Source of the DNA: Marsupella aquatica
Taxonomy: Eukaryota > Plantae > Marchantiophyta
Direction: 5' to 3'
DNA length: 64,000 nt
NCBI GenBank assembly: GCA_973895155.1
Contig: OZ316892.1
Span: 6,064,747-6,128,746, forward strand
Both the position numbers and the translations under genes were made by a program. Positions 1 to 13,612 of this stretch are shown here, piece by piece. Every line of letters starts with the position of its first letter. The stretch's first letter is position 1. The notes beneath the pieces were generated by a model, which saw only the letters and a program-made list of their open reading frames with translations, was not told where the DNA came from and made no database searches.

Positions 1-1740
1 TGTAGTTCTTAGATTCGTTGGGTTTCATTAGCAGCTCTGCGATGGACGCAAAGTCAGCAGCAACGCTCTGCAATGCAAGCCCGGTGCAGCACAAGATTCG
101 TGTTCAGTGTAGTGCCTGTGTTGGCGGCATGTGCAAAACCTATTGCAATCCCTCATCAGAGACTCAACTATTAAGACCCCAAGTTTTCAAATCAGACGTG
201 GAACTGTTGTGAATCGCACTTGTGACTTGTGGGTGGGAACGACATTGGTGTGAAGCACGCTATTGTGAGAATTTTAAATCCATTCCACTACTGTCTACCT
301 AAGCTCGACTTGCACTAGAATTAGAAGCCCTCTCTGATCGCACGCGCGAAACCTCACAATGTCTAACTCCATTAAACCCCACTGTTTGAAGGAGTCAAGG
401 AGGAAGAATGTCCAGCTGGAACAAGAGCTGCTAACCTCGATCATTGTACAGTACCGTCTTGCAACCAGGCTTGAGAAAGTTGACAAGCTGGCACAAATCA
501 AAGCTCTTAACAATACTGTAGTTCGGATTACGGATTCAAGGGGCCCTTTGTTGTTGGAGCGAATGAAGTGGACACGGTGTTCGAAGCGAGTTCAGCTCAG
601 AAGAAAGATTTGTCTTGTCGGGGATGTCAGACCTGAGACGATCAACACAAATATTCCGTCGACACTTCTGCACACATTTCTGTAGCAGCATTATTCAGTA
701 GACAATTCTGCACACATTTCTGTAGATGTGCGGCTGCATTATTCCTATACAGGTCCACTTCGATATTTTCGCAAATCTAAAATTGTAGAAACCTATTATC
801 ACGTGTGTTAAACACTTGTATCTCGTTTCAATTGAAAATCTCGTTTGGCACACTTGGATATCAAGATAAAATGGTTTGGTGAACTCAAATAACACTTTAA
901 TTAGACAAGTACTAATTAAATGTCTCTCGATGCACCATTGGATCTTTTGATATTTCCTGCTCTCCTCGGAAGTAGTGCTCCAGTGAACCCATGCTCCCAT
1001 AGTATTTGGCACTGATTTCGGAAAGTAATAAGCTTATGTACGTGGCGGGTAGTTGTAGCCTGCAAACAAACAGGAGGAAAGAAGTGCTCACCTGCTAGCA
1101 AACCTAGTACCTAGCCAAACTTGGTTTCAAATCTTTTGTTTCACTTTTAGTAAAATCAATTTTGGATTAGTTTTTGTGAACTTAAAGTCAGGATGGACTC
1201 ATACTTTGTCTATGAAACCCCCATGGACAAACCAAACTTAGATGGACTTGACTCAAACACATATATGCTTGGATACTATTTGTTATATTTGTCTCCAAAA
1301 ATACCACGTCAGATCATCATTTTTGTTCACCTCTCCAAAAGTATCTTGTCAAAGCACCACCTCTATACATTTTTGTCCAAGGATACCATGTACCAACCTG
1401 ATCAGCATTGATTGCAAGCATAAGTTTTATTCTATTAATATATTTTTCCATCAAAGCTAGTCACTTTAACCATTTTTGTTGAGTTCAATAAAAAACCCAT
1501 AAAATATGTAAGGTATGTTTAGGGATTTGTATGCTTTATCTGGCGTTCATGGTAATAAAATTATATAGACTAAGCTCTTCACAATTTACTCTAGCGCTTC
1601 AAGTAGTTTGTTCAATGAGCAAAAGCAATATTAATTCAATTTTTTCCTCAAAAATATTTTTATGTTTATAATAGATCGCAAAATCCCCACAAAAGGGGGC
1701 AAGAAGCAACACAATACCCGTGAAACAACATAACAATTTC

Positions 1741-2024
1741 CACTAGGAAAACTGGGTGCAAATCTTGATTTTCATAGAGCATTGCTCTTGAGATGAAATT
1801 GTATTTTCCATAGAGTATCGCTCTTGTGTTAAGGAGGGGTTTGACTTATTTTTCTGCAACAAAACTATCTCAGATTTTAATCTAAGAGGGTGTTGAGAAA
1901 TCTTATTTTTCAGAGAGCGTTGCTCTTTCACAAAGAGGGCTTCAATTAAATTTCCCACTGCAGAGCTCCAAAAAATGATATTTTTCAAAGAGCGTTGCTC
2001 TTGTTACAATAAGCGCTTCTAGTA
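1741..2024. repeat. Cluster of palindromic AGAGC-NNN-GCTCT motifs starting at a CACTAGGAAAA end; possible degenerate CACTA (En/Spm) terminus
   Basis: agagcattgctctt (~1776), agagtatcgctctt (~1812) and agagcgttgctctt (~1914, ~1989) follow CACTAGGAAAA at 1741. No matching right end with a 3-bp TSD was found. Confidence 0.35.
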
Positions 2025-2080
2025 CTTTGCCGTCGCAGAGGTCTCAACAATTTCAAATACAATACTACACTGTTCACCGT

Positions 2081-2157
2081 AATTAGTGTGACTAACACTA
2101 ATTCGAGAGCGCCCATTTTCAGGGTCTACTAGCGAATTAGTGTTAGTCACACTAATT
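2081..2157. repeat. Perfect 25-bp inverted repeat with 27-nt spacer; likely a DNA-transposon subterminal region
   Basis: aattagtgtgactaacactaattcg (2081-2105) is the exact reverse complement of cgaattagtgttagtcacactaatt (2133-2157). Further aattagtgttact copies occur at ~2187 and ~2254. Confidence 0.85.
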
Positions 2158-4436
2158 TTGTGCTAACACTATTTTTGCGCACATGAATTAGTGTTACTAT
2201 GGTCTTAAAAGTGGCAAAATACAAAGAAAAAAACTATTAAAAAAATCCACACCAATTAGTGTTACTTTGGACTAAAGATCATCCATTTTTTACAAGCAAT
2301 TTAAACGAAACTGAAAAAAATTAGTTTTGAAAACCGCCAAAAATTAGTGACCATCAACAAGACAAATGTAGAGACTATGAGCAGGGACAAGCTGGCCCTT
2401 GACAAATGCAGTTTGTAGAATGGAACGGTAGGAGGACCCCCACCCGCCTATCAATCAATTGACCCAAGAGTGGTTAAAGTCACCTTGAGGAAAGCCCAGG
2501 CCGTCTGATCGCAACCTTGGGTGCAGTGACATGAGTGAAAATGTGTGAGAGACCCACCTAAATTTTACTAATAAATATAATAAAACTTATGGAGAGGCTT
2601 AGATCTTTCCTGATATTAAGGACATCCATCAGATCTTCACATATTTGACAATTCTAACTGCAACAAAAGACAGATTTTGCAAATTTTACTCAGAATTTGG
2701 TCCCCTTAGTTTTCTTTGTATAATGTCACCAGGAGTTAGGGGTGATTACAAAAAGATATAGATATCCCAATACTCCTATATTTGTTTATATCTTATTTTT
2801 CATCGCTCTGAACAGAGGGTTATGATCTTACACATGCCTTTCACACTTGGTGTCTTCCACATTTGAGAGTCTCTAGCTAAGCTTATCATTGCCTAAGTTC
2901 ATAAAGCCCCTTTCCTTTTGAAAAGTAAAATAAATGAAGGACTGGGATGAATGGTGGAAGCCTTGAGTCTACTCTTATGATTGAAATGATAAATTAATCT
3001 AGGCTCTACCAGGTGTTTCAGTTGCTGCTCTGTAGGGCTTTTGTCCTTTTGCTGTTCCGGCCATTGAACTTTTGGCTATTGGGCTATTTTGCTCTGTGTT
3101 TTCATTGTGTTTTCCTTTATTTTGTTTTTTATTGGATTTTTGGTCTTTGGGATCATATCTTCCAGCAAGGCATTTTTGTTCCTTTCAAGTTCCATATACT
3201 CATTAGAGACTGTTCAAACAATAATGGGTGATTAAATGTTCTCAATCACCCATCACATTATTCGGAATGAATGATGATGTGGCTTGATTTTAGAGAAAAT
3301 GATGTGATTCGATTCCTACGGGTTCTTTCAACATCCCCTCTTACAACAGTTTTGGAACATAGCTATGACATATTTTGGCCTTGACACTTTACTTCTGAGA
3401 AAAGTAAATCCCAATAAAACCTCGAAATCATAGCTATGAAATAGTTTCAATACCTACAACAAACTCCAGTAGTTGAGCCACTCCACTCTACCCTTACTTA
3501 TTGTAGGTCGGTGTGCTAAATTTGCTACAGGACCTTTTCCGAGCCTTTCCTCATCCTCGTCATTCAATACATCGATTCACAACAAGGAAAGAACTCAAAG
3601 ACGAGCTTGAACTTTCGACATTTACTCTCCCTTGTTTGGCGGCTCGATCGAGATGAATACGACTACAGTAGTGTGGGCCAATTTGTTTGGACAGAAGGCA
3701 ACTTGAGTGTGCGCCACCAGTGCAGGAACTAATCAATAATTGTACTGTGTGTGGGTGTAAGGACATGGTGATAGTCTGATAGAAGCCGAGCGGAAAGTGG
3801 AAGTCTACCCGCCTGAACTTAATTGGGGAAGAAGCAAAACCTCCACTTCTCTAGAATGCTGTACAACTTCTCAGTTATCAGATGAGAGAACGCGCCACTG
3901 CTGGCAGCCACTTTCACACAAAGCATTGCACACGGCACTGATTGCTCCAACTAGCGAGTTGGGCACGTCTTACCGTGAAGGGCGCGGACATGGATGCTCT
4001 ATCTTCGACGTTCCCACATGTATAGTGGCGCTGCACAAGTATGGAGGAGACTTTGAAGGCGAACAACTGGCAGCAAACATTTCGTTTGGTTTTGATCCGT
4101 TTAGGATTTCAGACGCATGGCGTTTCAGTAGTCAACCTTGTCATCAGTGGGCAACAAATCAGTGCGGAGCTGATGCATGCGGAAAATGTGGTACCAACCG
4201 ACGGGATGCACGACGAAATTAACGCATTCGCGCTCCGAAGCACTTGAGATGAAGCCTGCTTCTTCTTTATAAAACTAGTCCACATTTCGAAAGCGAATGC
4301 ATGCAACGTGCACCGAAAGGATTGCCGAAAACAGGCTCTTGTTCAATTTTGTAGCTTCCCTGCTCAAAACAAATTGATTGACTTTCTAAAAAATGTTATC
4401 GGTGGGGACATTCCCCATAATATGGCATGGACGGAC

Positions 4437-4636
4437 GTCTCTTCACTATTTCACAACAATTATTTTGCCTTGGAAAAACTCATTGAAATTCATCCAAAAA
4501 GCCAGCATACAACAGGGGTGGCCCACAAAAGGGGGTCGGCACCCGGGGGGGGGGGGGGGGACCAAAGGTCGGGGAGCCAATGCAACCGGAGAGGCCGGCA
4601 CCAGGAGAGAAGTCTCTTCACTATTTCACAACAATT
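4437..4636 (-). mobile_element. ~150-bp insertion flanked by 25-bp direct repeats; probable 5'-truncated non-LTR retroelement 3' end
   Basis: gtctcttcactatttcacaacaatt occurs at 4437-4461 and 4612-4636, around a GC-rich insert with a poly-G run. On the minus strand the insert ends in a short A-run. Confidence 0.45.
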
Positions 4637-7600
4637 CCACTTACATTTCTCAGTGGGAGTAATCTTTGATTGAGCTCCACACATGCAACGATTAGTAGAA
4701 ACTCTTTTGCTTCTTTCGGTCTTCATGTGATGGAACTCGGTGATCCCAATCAAGTTAGCTCGCAATGCGACATGAATGATTTGGACAAGCGATTATACAG
4801 TTCTGGCCTTCTGACCTTCGATTAGTATACTTATTGCAATTCCAAGAACTGGATTTGAGAAAGTGTAAGATATAATCATTCTTGAAGTTACCAGTAGAAA
4901 GTAAAACAAATCGGATCATCAGATGTAAATCGGGGAGCCGGTAAATTTGTAGGTGAATCTGTCGCTGCCTTGACAGATGAGCTCAAGGAAATGTTTGGCC
5001 CACAATTTCGTAGGAAGTGGTGAATAGGGGTGTGATCGGATCTTTCGAGTCTCTTTTCTCCGCTCTCCACTATCATTCTACATTCTTTCGTGTCCACGTT
5101 TCCGTTTGGGCTCAGCTCCAAATATAGACTCGTTGGCAATGTTTGCCCCACAAGTTCAACACCGAATCAGCAGTTTCACTTTCCTGTTGTCGGAGGACAT
5201 CACCTTTACATCCATTTCGGCGGCTTCGCTGGCGTCAGCCAAGACGAACGTCTGGTTGTGTGGTCTTTCCATTCTGTAGACGTTATGACTGCGCTGATTC
5301 GATTTGGACAAGAAGTAGGCAAGGAAAAAGGCACGCAGTCATGACACTGACGATTGCACCCAGCACAGCTGCTTGCATGGCTCACTGCTTCGGTGGAACC
5401 TAGCAGGCCACAGGCCACACTACTACTGAGTGTTCAAAGTAATGCGTTCTATTTCACCATAACATAAACCAATACTTTTTATTATCTACGTAAATCAATA
5501 CATACTATTTATGATCTACAACATGAACAATACACTATTTATGATTTATAAATCAAAGTGATTTTAACCATGAGTATCTGTTTCGTCTTGGTTTATGTAT
5601 TCTGGTTGTACTGCTGACTTAAATTTAACAAGCGGCAGGCCTACTGTAGCTCCTTGAAATGGAGCATTAATCCCTGCCATACTGTTCACACCATACACGG
5701 CAAAGAACCATGTGGTCAGGCATAACTCACAGGATACTGCACAAGAGTAGTACAATTTGGAGACTATAATGTCCTGTGCAAAATTTTCCTGAATTGCCAG
5801 GTCAGGTCTGTGATCATGTGGTAGCGCAACAATGAAATCAGAGTCTCCACTCAAAACTGGCTCCATAGCAACTGCCATTGAATGCCATTACAGCTGAGCA
5901 GCCAGCAAGCAGCGTCCTTGCTGTATTTTTCAACACATGCGTGCAAAGAAAACCTTGCTGCGTTGATTGGGCATCATATTAGCAGGAGCTAGTCCTGAGG
6001 AAAGGGATAGTTACGGCCTTCACCAGCAACCGTGTTTTATTGTTCATTTATCAACGATTACTGCTTTGATCTTGGTTTCGTGTGGAGCGAACTAACTGCT
6101 ACTTGCTTTGTCATTGGCCATGCTGAATCCAGTACGAAGCTGTCTGTCTTACCAACCAAGACTTATTACCAAGGTTTGATTTCAGATGTGGCTGCAGGAG
6201 TGACTTTACCTTACCGGGCTTGTCAATTCTGCTTCCTGTTGGTCTTGTCCATGAAGGCTTCCTAGACTTTTAACCCTACACGTTTGCATCCGATCACCAG
6301 GTCTTTGCTAATTGATCACTTCACCAGTCCCTGCTACAGCAATATTGCAGCTTGATGGACAACTCAGCCATGCGCGCTTGGTTTGGGCAATGACCGTAAA
6401 AGCAGAACCCACAATCGAGAAAATGTAGAGTCCTGCATTCCAAGTTTCAAAGCTCCTTACCTCGGCATGATGTAGTGGTCAATGTGCGTGCGCATGTGTG
6501 CTGTCACAAATCGCTTTTTTCAATTTTAAATTATTTAAAGGAAAGCTCCTACAGTAGGTCGTCAAGTTCAAGTTTTGTCCTATGGAGGTATCATTCAGTC
6601 CCGGTACTCCCTTCGCAATTCTAGGAAGGAACCGTATCCAAAAGATGTCCTACGCTTCCACAGGTCACAGGTGTACAATAGCCGACATCGTAGCCTGGGG
6701 CAAAGGGGAAGGCTTCCAGGTCGTTCTGTACTCCTATGCTAGTGGCGGAGTGTTGACAAAGAATTACAGCGAAGGAAGTAGGAGCTGCCTTCATGTTATT
6801 GCGCGATGAGTGTCCTGGACTTTCGGACTTCAGCTCGAAGTTTCATGGGTGGCAATGGAGCCCGCCTCATGCCAATTACATTGCAAGCCAAGCCTCCATT
6901 TGTTTCCTCTCGATTGATTCGGCAACACCTGGAAAGAGAAGGACAAGTGGACATGAGGATCGGATGCATGACCGCATCAGCCAGCCAGTCGCGATGTGCC
7001 GGTTTCTGTTTCTGTCAAGTCAGCGAGAGCACGTAAGAGGGAATTACAGAATGCGAGAATGGTTCATGTTTGATCGGAAGAATCTTTCGTTTCATCATTG
7101 TGGACCCTCCGCAGGAAAATCCGGGGAAGCCACAAAAACCGATAATTGCTCACCCTGCAACGCTTGTTTTGGTGGGCTTTCTCAGCCTTTGCTCGTCCCA
7201 TCTACAGGTAGCGACGAAATAGCGCTTTTGATGTTCATAGGACTCTCGCGATCGAGCAAAGGGGACCTCGTTGATCGTGAAGAAAGTCGAGCAACATGAT
7301 GTCGATGAGGGCGGACGGCTCCGCTGCAGCTGTCGTCCACAGTCTCAAGTCTTAAATAACTTGGCTGATTAGTAGCTTCATATAAATATTTATTCGTGAA
7401 GCAGTGCGTCTGACTGTACCTCTAGCCTGATTCCTCCTCTGTTGAGCTTCTTTTGAAGCATCATATGGTGCATTTGGTTGGACACCAATTTGCAGCACCA
7501 AGTTTTGGTATTGGCGTGTGTCTATTTCGTAGCTTTAGGACGCTTTCTCGGCCCTGCATCGCATTCTAATTGTGGTAACTCCCAAACCGGGAACAAATTA

Positions 7601-9318
7601 GTTTCAACCTACAAATGGGAATGGGAGACACAATCAGTGATGTCGTTGATTCTGGGGATATTTCCACCCCTCCAACTGAAAAGCTGAGGTGTCGATCGGC
7701 CTAATACATGACGCAGGTAATGCATGGATAGAACGGACGTCTAGCTCCTAAGTTACATGTAGAGATGTGCGCCCGACAGAATTATAGCTGGAGTTAGCGA
7801 GTTCTCGATGGTTATTTCCTTTCCGTCGTGGCTGCGCACTCCAGCCATTGTTTTCACCAGCACACAAACATCTGCTGCAGCATTGATAAGCATTCACTCG
7901 ACGTCTGCTCCCGCCTCTGCTTCCTTTGTCCACAAGGTTCTTTCCGATGCTTTCCAAACCTGTTCCTTGGGATGTAAGTCCCAATTCTGAAACATGAAGG
8001 AGCATGTGCTTTGACAAGGCCAGCTTTTGTGACACCCCGCTACACATTTCTCCACTTGCTATTTTCTGTCGTGAAAGAAATGAAACTCAGCTTCACAGGA
8101 ATGTACAAGAAATTTGGTTAAAATCCGGGCAGAATTCCAATCCTTGTAGTACGTTCGAGGTAGTTGAGTGCGAAGGTAACTTATCAGGCCACTCGGGGGC
8201 CATGCCTAACCCCATAGCCCTAGGGGGAAATTTCCCAGAACCCTTGGGCGTATTAACAGTACTGAAGTACTGAAGTTCTCCTCTATTTCATCGGGTTTTT
8301 TCATTGCGGGATCATGTCTCGAGGTTGGGCGCGTTTTCTTTTTGGCAGTTTGCTATACATTTGTGCTTAACAAGAAGAGTAAACCCAAGGTGCAATTCTA
8401 CTCGTAGTTCTACTCGATTTGTGACCTAAAAATTGGTGGTGAAATTGGAACACTCAGGGTGTGCAGGGGGGCCTAAATCTCATAAACCCTAGGCCAGGCT
8501 GGCAAGGGCATCCATAGAATTACAAAGATAAAAGTACACTAGGAGTTTACGTAGTACATCCACAGTGTTACCTACCAGAATTTCTATAATTGCAATTGCC
8601 ATGCAGCTGTCAGACCTTTCGCTGTCAGATGTTTTGTCTAATTAGCCAATCTTCTCTCTCTACATTACTTCACCCGATGCTAGATCCTGCATGATTTGTT
8701 CCTTTAGCCTGTTCTGTATAGGATTACAGCCCGCGCATGCTCTGGTGTTGCCTTGTGGGTAGTTGAACCCAAGAGTATATGTACGTCCGAACCTTACAGA
8801 TCAACCTCTGGGGTCCTCTCTGTCCAGATTTACTCCACAATCCAGCGATAGTCCATAACCGGCCCGCAAAACCTAGTGCTCATTAAACCACGAGCAACAA
8901 ATATAATATCTAGGAAGAAAGGGAAGAAAAATTACTGAGACTCAGATGTGAAGAAAAGGGGAAGATACCTTTTAAAGGCGGGGAATGGAAAACTGAGAGT
9001 AATGGAAAACTGAGATGAGGAGGAAAATGTGTCAGGCTAGGTACTGTAGGCATGGCATAGAAGTACTAAACGGCTCGCTGGAAGGGTTACTCGCTAGCAT
9101 ATGTGATCAACATATATATCAAAATTAACAGACAAGTGTCCCTTTTCCACACGGCTTGGCTGGGTCTAACATGGCATCCTGATACAACCCATGGCATTGA
9201 AGAATATGGCTTACAAACCCTGGAATTCAGCTAATGTCACAACACTAATATGTCAACAAAAACGGGTGTAAAGAGAGGGAGACTGAAGGGGGAAAATCCA
9301 GAGAGAGAGAATACCTAC

Positions 9319-12300
9319 TGTAGATAGTTTTTAACAGTCGTTGGGAAATCTGTGATAATACCGTCAATTCCATCATTCATCAAAGAGTAGAGCTCCAAAG
9401 TGGCATCTGCATGCCCGAAAGTCAAAAGCAACTGCAACGAATTGGTTTTCCTGGACCTCAAAGAAAGTCGTCAAGTTCTGCTCATGCGCCAACGCAATCA
9501 CATCTGTCGGAGGACTGCTCAGGAAATCGTTCGAGTTCATTGATTCCACCAGTCTCCCGCTGAAACTTACCGAAGACGCGTACTTCTTAATTTCCACAAA
9601 ATCGCTCGCATTCAATGAGATGGGATTGAGGTTGTCATATAAAATTTCGTACATGAGGGCATAGGGGACATTCAATTCACGAAGTCGGGCAAGAGCAGAG
9701 CTGTCCTCAAACTGCAGAATCGCTTTACTTGCGCTGTTATACCCACCTGCAGAAAGAGCACCCGCTACCGCATCGACAACAGCCAAATTGTGCGCATCTC
9801 TGATGTACACAGCATTCTGCACACAGTACGAGGTCGTCAACGTATGGAGATAAACGTGTATGTTGTACTGAATTCACATCTGTCATCCTACTAAGGAATG
9901 CATAGTCAGATACTAGCAATCATTGTAGTTGAGGGATTATCAGTACTAACTATGATGTCCACTTCTTCTTTCAACGCTACTCCACACTTTGTCCCAATTG
10001 ATGGTGCTTGGAAATGTTGACAGCCCTTCAGAGCATAGAGATTTGAAGTGCAGGAGGTTCGCCCCCAATCACGAGAGTAACAAGATTCAGTTGGTCCTTT
10101 TTACTACTATGTGGTAGTCAGATTTGATCTTTCACTGAGGTCCCAAATTCAGAGGCCCTAGCCCTGTCCTGCATTTGTACCCAACAAACCAAATGCTCAT
10201 AGTTCAATTCATCATTAAACCTCGGTTTAGGTTTTTGCTCGACGAGTTCATTCTAGCCTTCATAGAGATCACATTCTTGACCAGATTCAATCCATACTTG
10301 CCGTTGCTCACATATAGTACTGTTTATGCTTTTCCATGGTCCCGCAGAGCACGTACCTGAATGCCAATCAGAACACCCATTGAATTGTTGTTTGCTATGT
10401 TCAAAAACTCCGCTAACGTAATGATACTAAATTCACCATCATAATTTTTGTCCCGCTCCATTCCCAGTTCCGGATTGTACATTATCGCTGCGCACAGGAC
10501 AGAAATGAATTCAGTTCTTCTGTTGTGCCGCACAATATCGGTACCTCCGCTAGATGGTTAACAAGAGGGGGAAATGTGAGAATAACTCTAGGAATTCATT
10601 GTAGAGAACAATCAAGGATATGTCCCTTCGACAAGCTTGAGGTGCAAATTGTATTTATCAAGTAGAATTTTGACATCTTGACGTGCGCCCTGGCTACGCC
10701 TTCTGTTTACATCCTGCATCCAGAAAATGAATCCACAAAACCATGAAGCGTCGACGGTATCTCACCTCTCAAAGTATTTATTTGGTCCCAGGTGAGATCA
10801 AAAACGCTGTTATTGCCACCATAGAAGCTAGGATACGATTTTAAATATTGCTGGAAAAAAGCAAAGGTAGACACGTCTGTGGGAACAATCAGATCAACTG
10901 TGGGTCGGCAGAACGGTATGTCATCTTTCGAGATTTGGACAATGCAGTTAATGTAGTCAACCATCGCATTAATGGCACTGTAGTATGCAGGAGTGGTGGC
11001 ACCTGGAAATTGTCCACTGTTCCCATTATGGGAGATCAATGTCGGCTTGTGGAGAATGGTTTCTGCAGGATTGACATTTAAGCCCATCAAATAGACAGAT
11101 ACTAACTTCAATCAGGATGCTATCATCTAAGATACTTCATGCTCTAAGTAGAAATCAAGAAAACGCTCGAATCTGACAACATTTGTTCCTTTCACGATAC
11201 TATAGATAGTTGCTGCACTTCGACATCCATGCATCCAATGTACATCTTATTTTAAAGTTAACCCAGTTACATGTGCATCGTCCATGTGTCGCTCCGAAAT
11301 CACCTGCAATAGCGGTTTCCCCATGCACTTATCTAAGCTATCATTCCACAAACTATCCACAACCTATCGGCCGTCGTCCCTTTGATATCACCCTGTACTG
11401 CAACTTACGTTTGTTTTGAAGAGAACTGTTCCGTGAATTCGAGGCATAACATCCTACAGTTCATACGCAAATTCCACACATTAGAACTAGTCATTTGTCA
11501 ATTGTTCATCCAATATGTTCAAAAAGAACACAAGACTAACAATTCAGAAATCCACTTTTACTCAACGCTTGCACTCATCCGGCAGGCTCAGTATGACTCC
11601 AACTTCCAGACAACTGAGATTTGACTTTCTAAAGAAGTAGCAGCATTAGTAGACAAATACTTACTTATGGCTTCGGATGCTGTTATTGAGAAGGCTGTGA
11701 AAAAACCATCCACTGAGAAATTATCCGTTTCGGTGTAGTATTTCAGTAATGGGGTCAAAAGTGTAATTGTAACTGTTTGGATACTGGTCATTCGCAAAAT
11801 CATAAGCCTAAACTTCAAGTCCAACCTTGTGAGCATCTCCAACAAGAGTGGAAGGTGCCGGGAGATACTTGGTCTTTGGGTCAAAGGACCAAATGTATGA
11901 TTGATAAGTATGATTGGTAGACGCGTCTGCCGTTTGATTGGCCAGGAACTTGTAGATGACCTTAGTGTGAGAGGCAAATCCAGAGTCCTCGACTGTTTCT
12001 AGTAGGCCGATCTCCGGAACCGAAACATATCCTGGGAAAAAAATGTCGGATTAAGTCTAACAAGTAAGAAGTTGCATTCAATTTGCTGTTAACCTCAATA
12101 AATCGCGTATACTGACAAAAAAACAGAGCAAATAGGCCCCGTCTTAATCGTAATTAATTGTCTTGATCTGCTGGGATGAGACTTCTAGCATGTGCTACTT
12201 GCATCTCAGTTCCCTAGGATGAGATACTGCCGTGGTTGCGATAGCTAACGGACGAGATGGTCAAACGAGGTAATGCTTGAGACCGGAGGAGCCAAAAGAG

Positions 12301-13612
12301 AGTTGTGTTGCATATATAGCAAGGAATTTGATTTGATAACGATAAAGCTGGGCAAAGGGCGAAAGCCCAAAACAGAAATTCAGCTGAGGGATGCATTTGC
12401 ATGAGAAACTAAGGGACGATTCGAACATTGAACGCATCAGTTTGGAGTACAAAATTTACACTGTAATAAGGACTGGCTCTATTCATCGAAAAATGTCTGC
12501 AAAAGCCTTAGAGCCATAGACGCACTCACAGTAGAGACAGAACAGGTGCAATACCTCACTCTTAACCCACCACGTGCTGGTTTGGGGCTGAGATGACATG
12601 CTCACGAGATACGGCAGTCGCCTACTATCTATTATATTATAGCCCCCGTCATATGCCGAAGTTCTTCTGAAGTTGCTTTGAGTTGCTGGGACACGAGCAC
12701 CATCAAGAGGGCCGGAAAGACATCAGAAGCAGAGCTACTAGGCGAACTTGGTCTGGAAGGTAATCAACTTTCCAACAACCAAAGAAAGATTGAAACCCTG
12801 GTCACTTCTTGATTAAGCAGAGATGGCCATATTACACAGTGCACACAAGTGGGCATCAGCACAACTAGAACGTAACCCACATTGACCCTGATATGGTTTG
12901 AAGTATTGAATTACACACCACAAGGACTAGAAAGATCCAAAGAACGGCTACTGAAAAGGAAATCACCCGGTCACTCACCGAAATTAAGTGTAGTAAGGTT
13001 CTCATACAGAATGTCGATAGCAAACCAGCCAAGTATATTTTCCCATTAATGGTACGCGTGTTGTTGAGGTGCGGGGCAGTACACCAAATATTGGTTGAGT
13101 CGGCCAGATTAAGGCCTGTCCTACAAATCCCAAGCCCCATTGAGGCGAAGGAAGGGATTAAAGTAGGGGCCATCTGCAAATCGCAAGAGATGACAACTCC
13201 AGGTAAACTGTTATTCAGAGCATCAAGGTATGCTGGATCAGTTTGGTCAGGATATAGCCCAGAATTTCCACCATTGGCAATGACAACTGGAGCCTGGCCT
13301 GTATGAGGGAAGGCGAGATATTAGATTCAATCTTAGATGGCTTATAAGCAGTCAAATCACTCCCAAGCCTCTACTAGACGAGCTCCAAATCGCTTTACAA
13401 CCACGAAGCGCCCACTTGCCAGGTCAATGCAATAAGATGAATCAGAGAAGTAAAGAAGATCGAGATTATGCCAGAGCAGAGAGGAGAGGAGCTAAAGGCC
13501 ACTTGCCACTCAGAGTTTGCCATTTGGCTGTGGTCGGAGTTGGATGCCACAGAAGCAGAGGCAGTAGTAGCAGCAGTAGTTGTAGCAGGTTGGCAGGAGT
13601 GAGTGGAGCCAT
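9319..13612 (-). pseudogene. GDPDL: Glycerophosphodiester phosphodiesterase-like (GDPDL/SHV3-family) gene with two GDPD-like domains, disrupted
   Basis: Signal peptide MAPLTPANLLQLLLLLLPLLLW, then KWQTLSG|QAPVVIANGGNSGLYPD, LVGDAHKVGLEV, NFSVDGFFT, LISHNGNSGQFPG, VFDLTWDQINTL and GIDGIITDFPTT, matching the SHV3 layout. Lesions: frameshift ~13040 (GWFAIDIL in a shifted frame), in-frame TAG 11808-11810, frameshift ~11735, an apparent ~20-aa deletion near 11900, and a 4-bp insertion at 9411-9414. The final GPI-anchor exon was not confidently found. Confidence 0.88.

Noticed and set aside
18-685. Cys-rich ORF 18-212 and ORF 359-685 as zinc-finger or transposase genes
   Set aside because: The Cys spacing does not fit a named motif convincingly and the context is cut off at the window edge.
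9313-9323. TACTGTA at the end of the last recognisable GDPDL exon, as a transposon footprint creating a stop
   Set aside because: On the minus strand it reads naturally as CTA CA|GTAGGT, a good phase-2 splice donor, so no insertion needs to be invoked.
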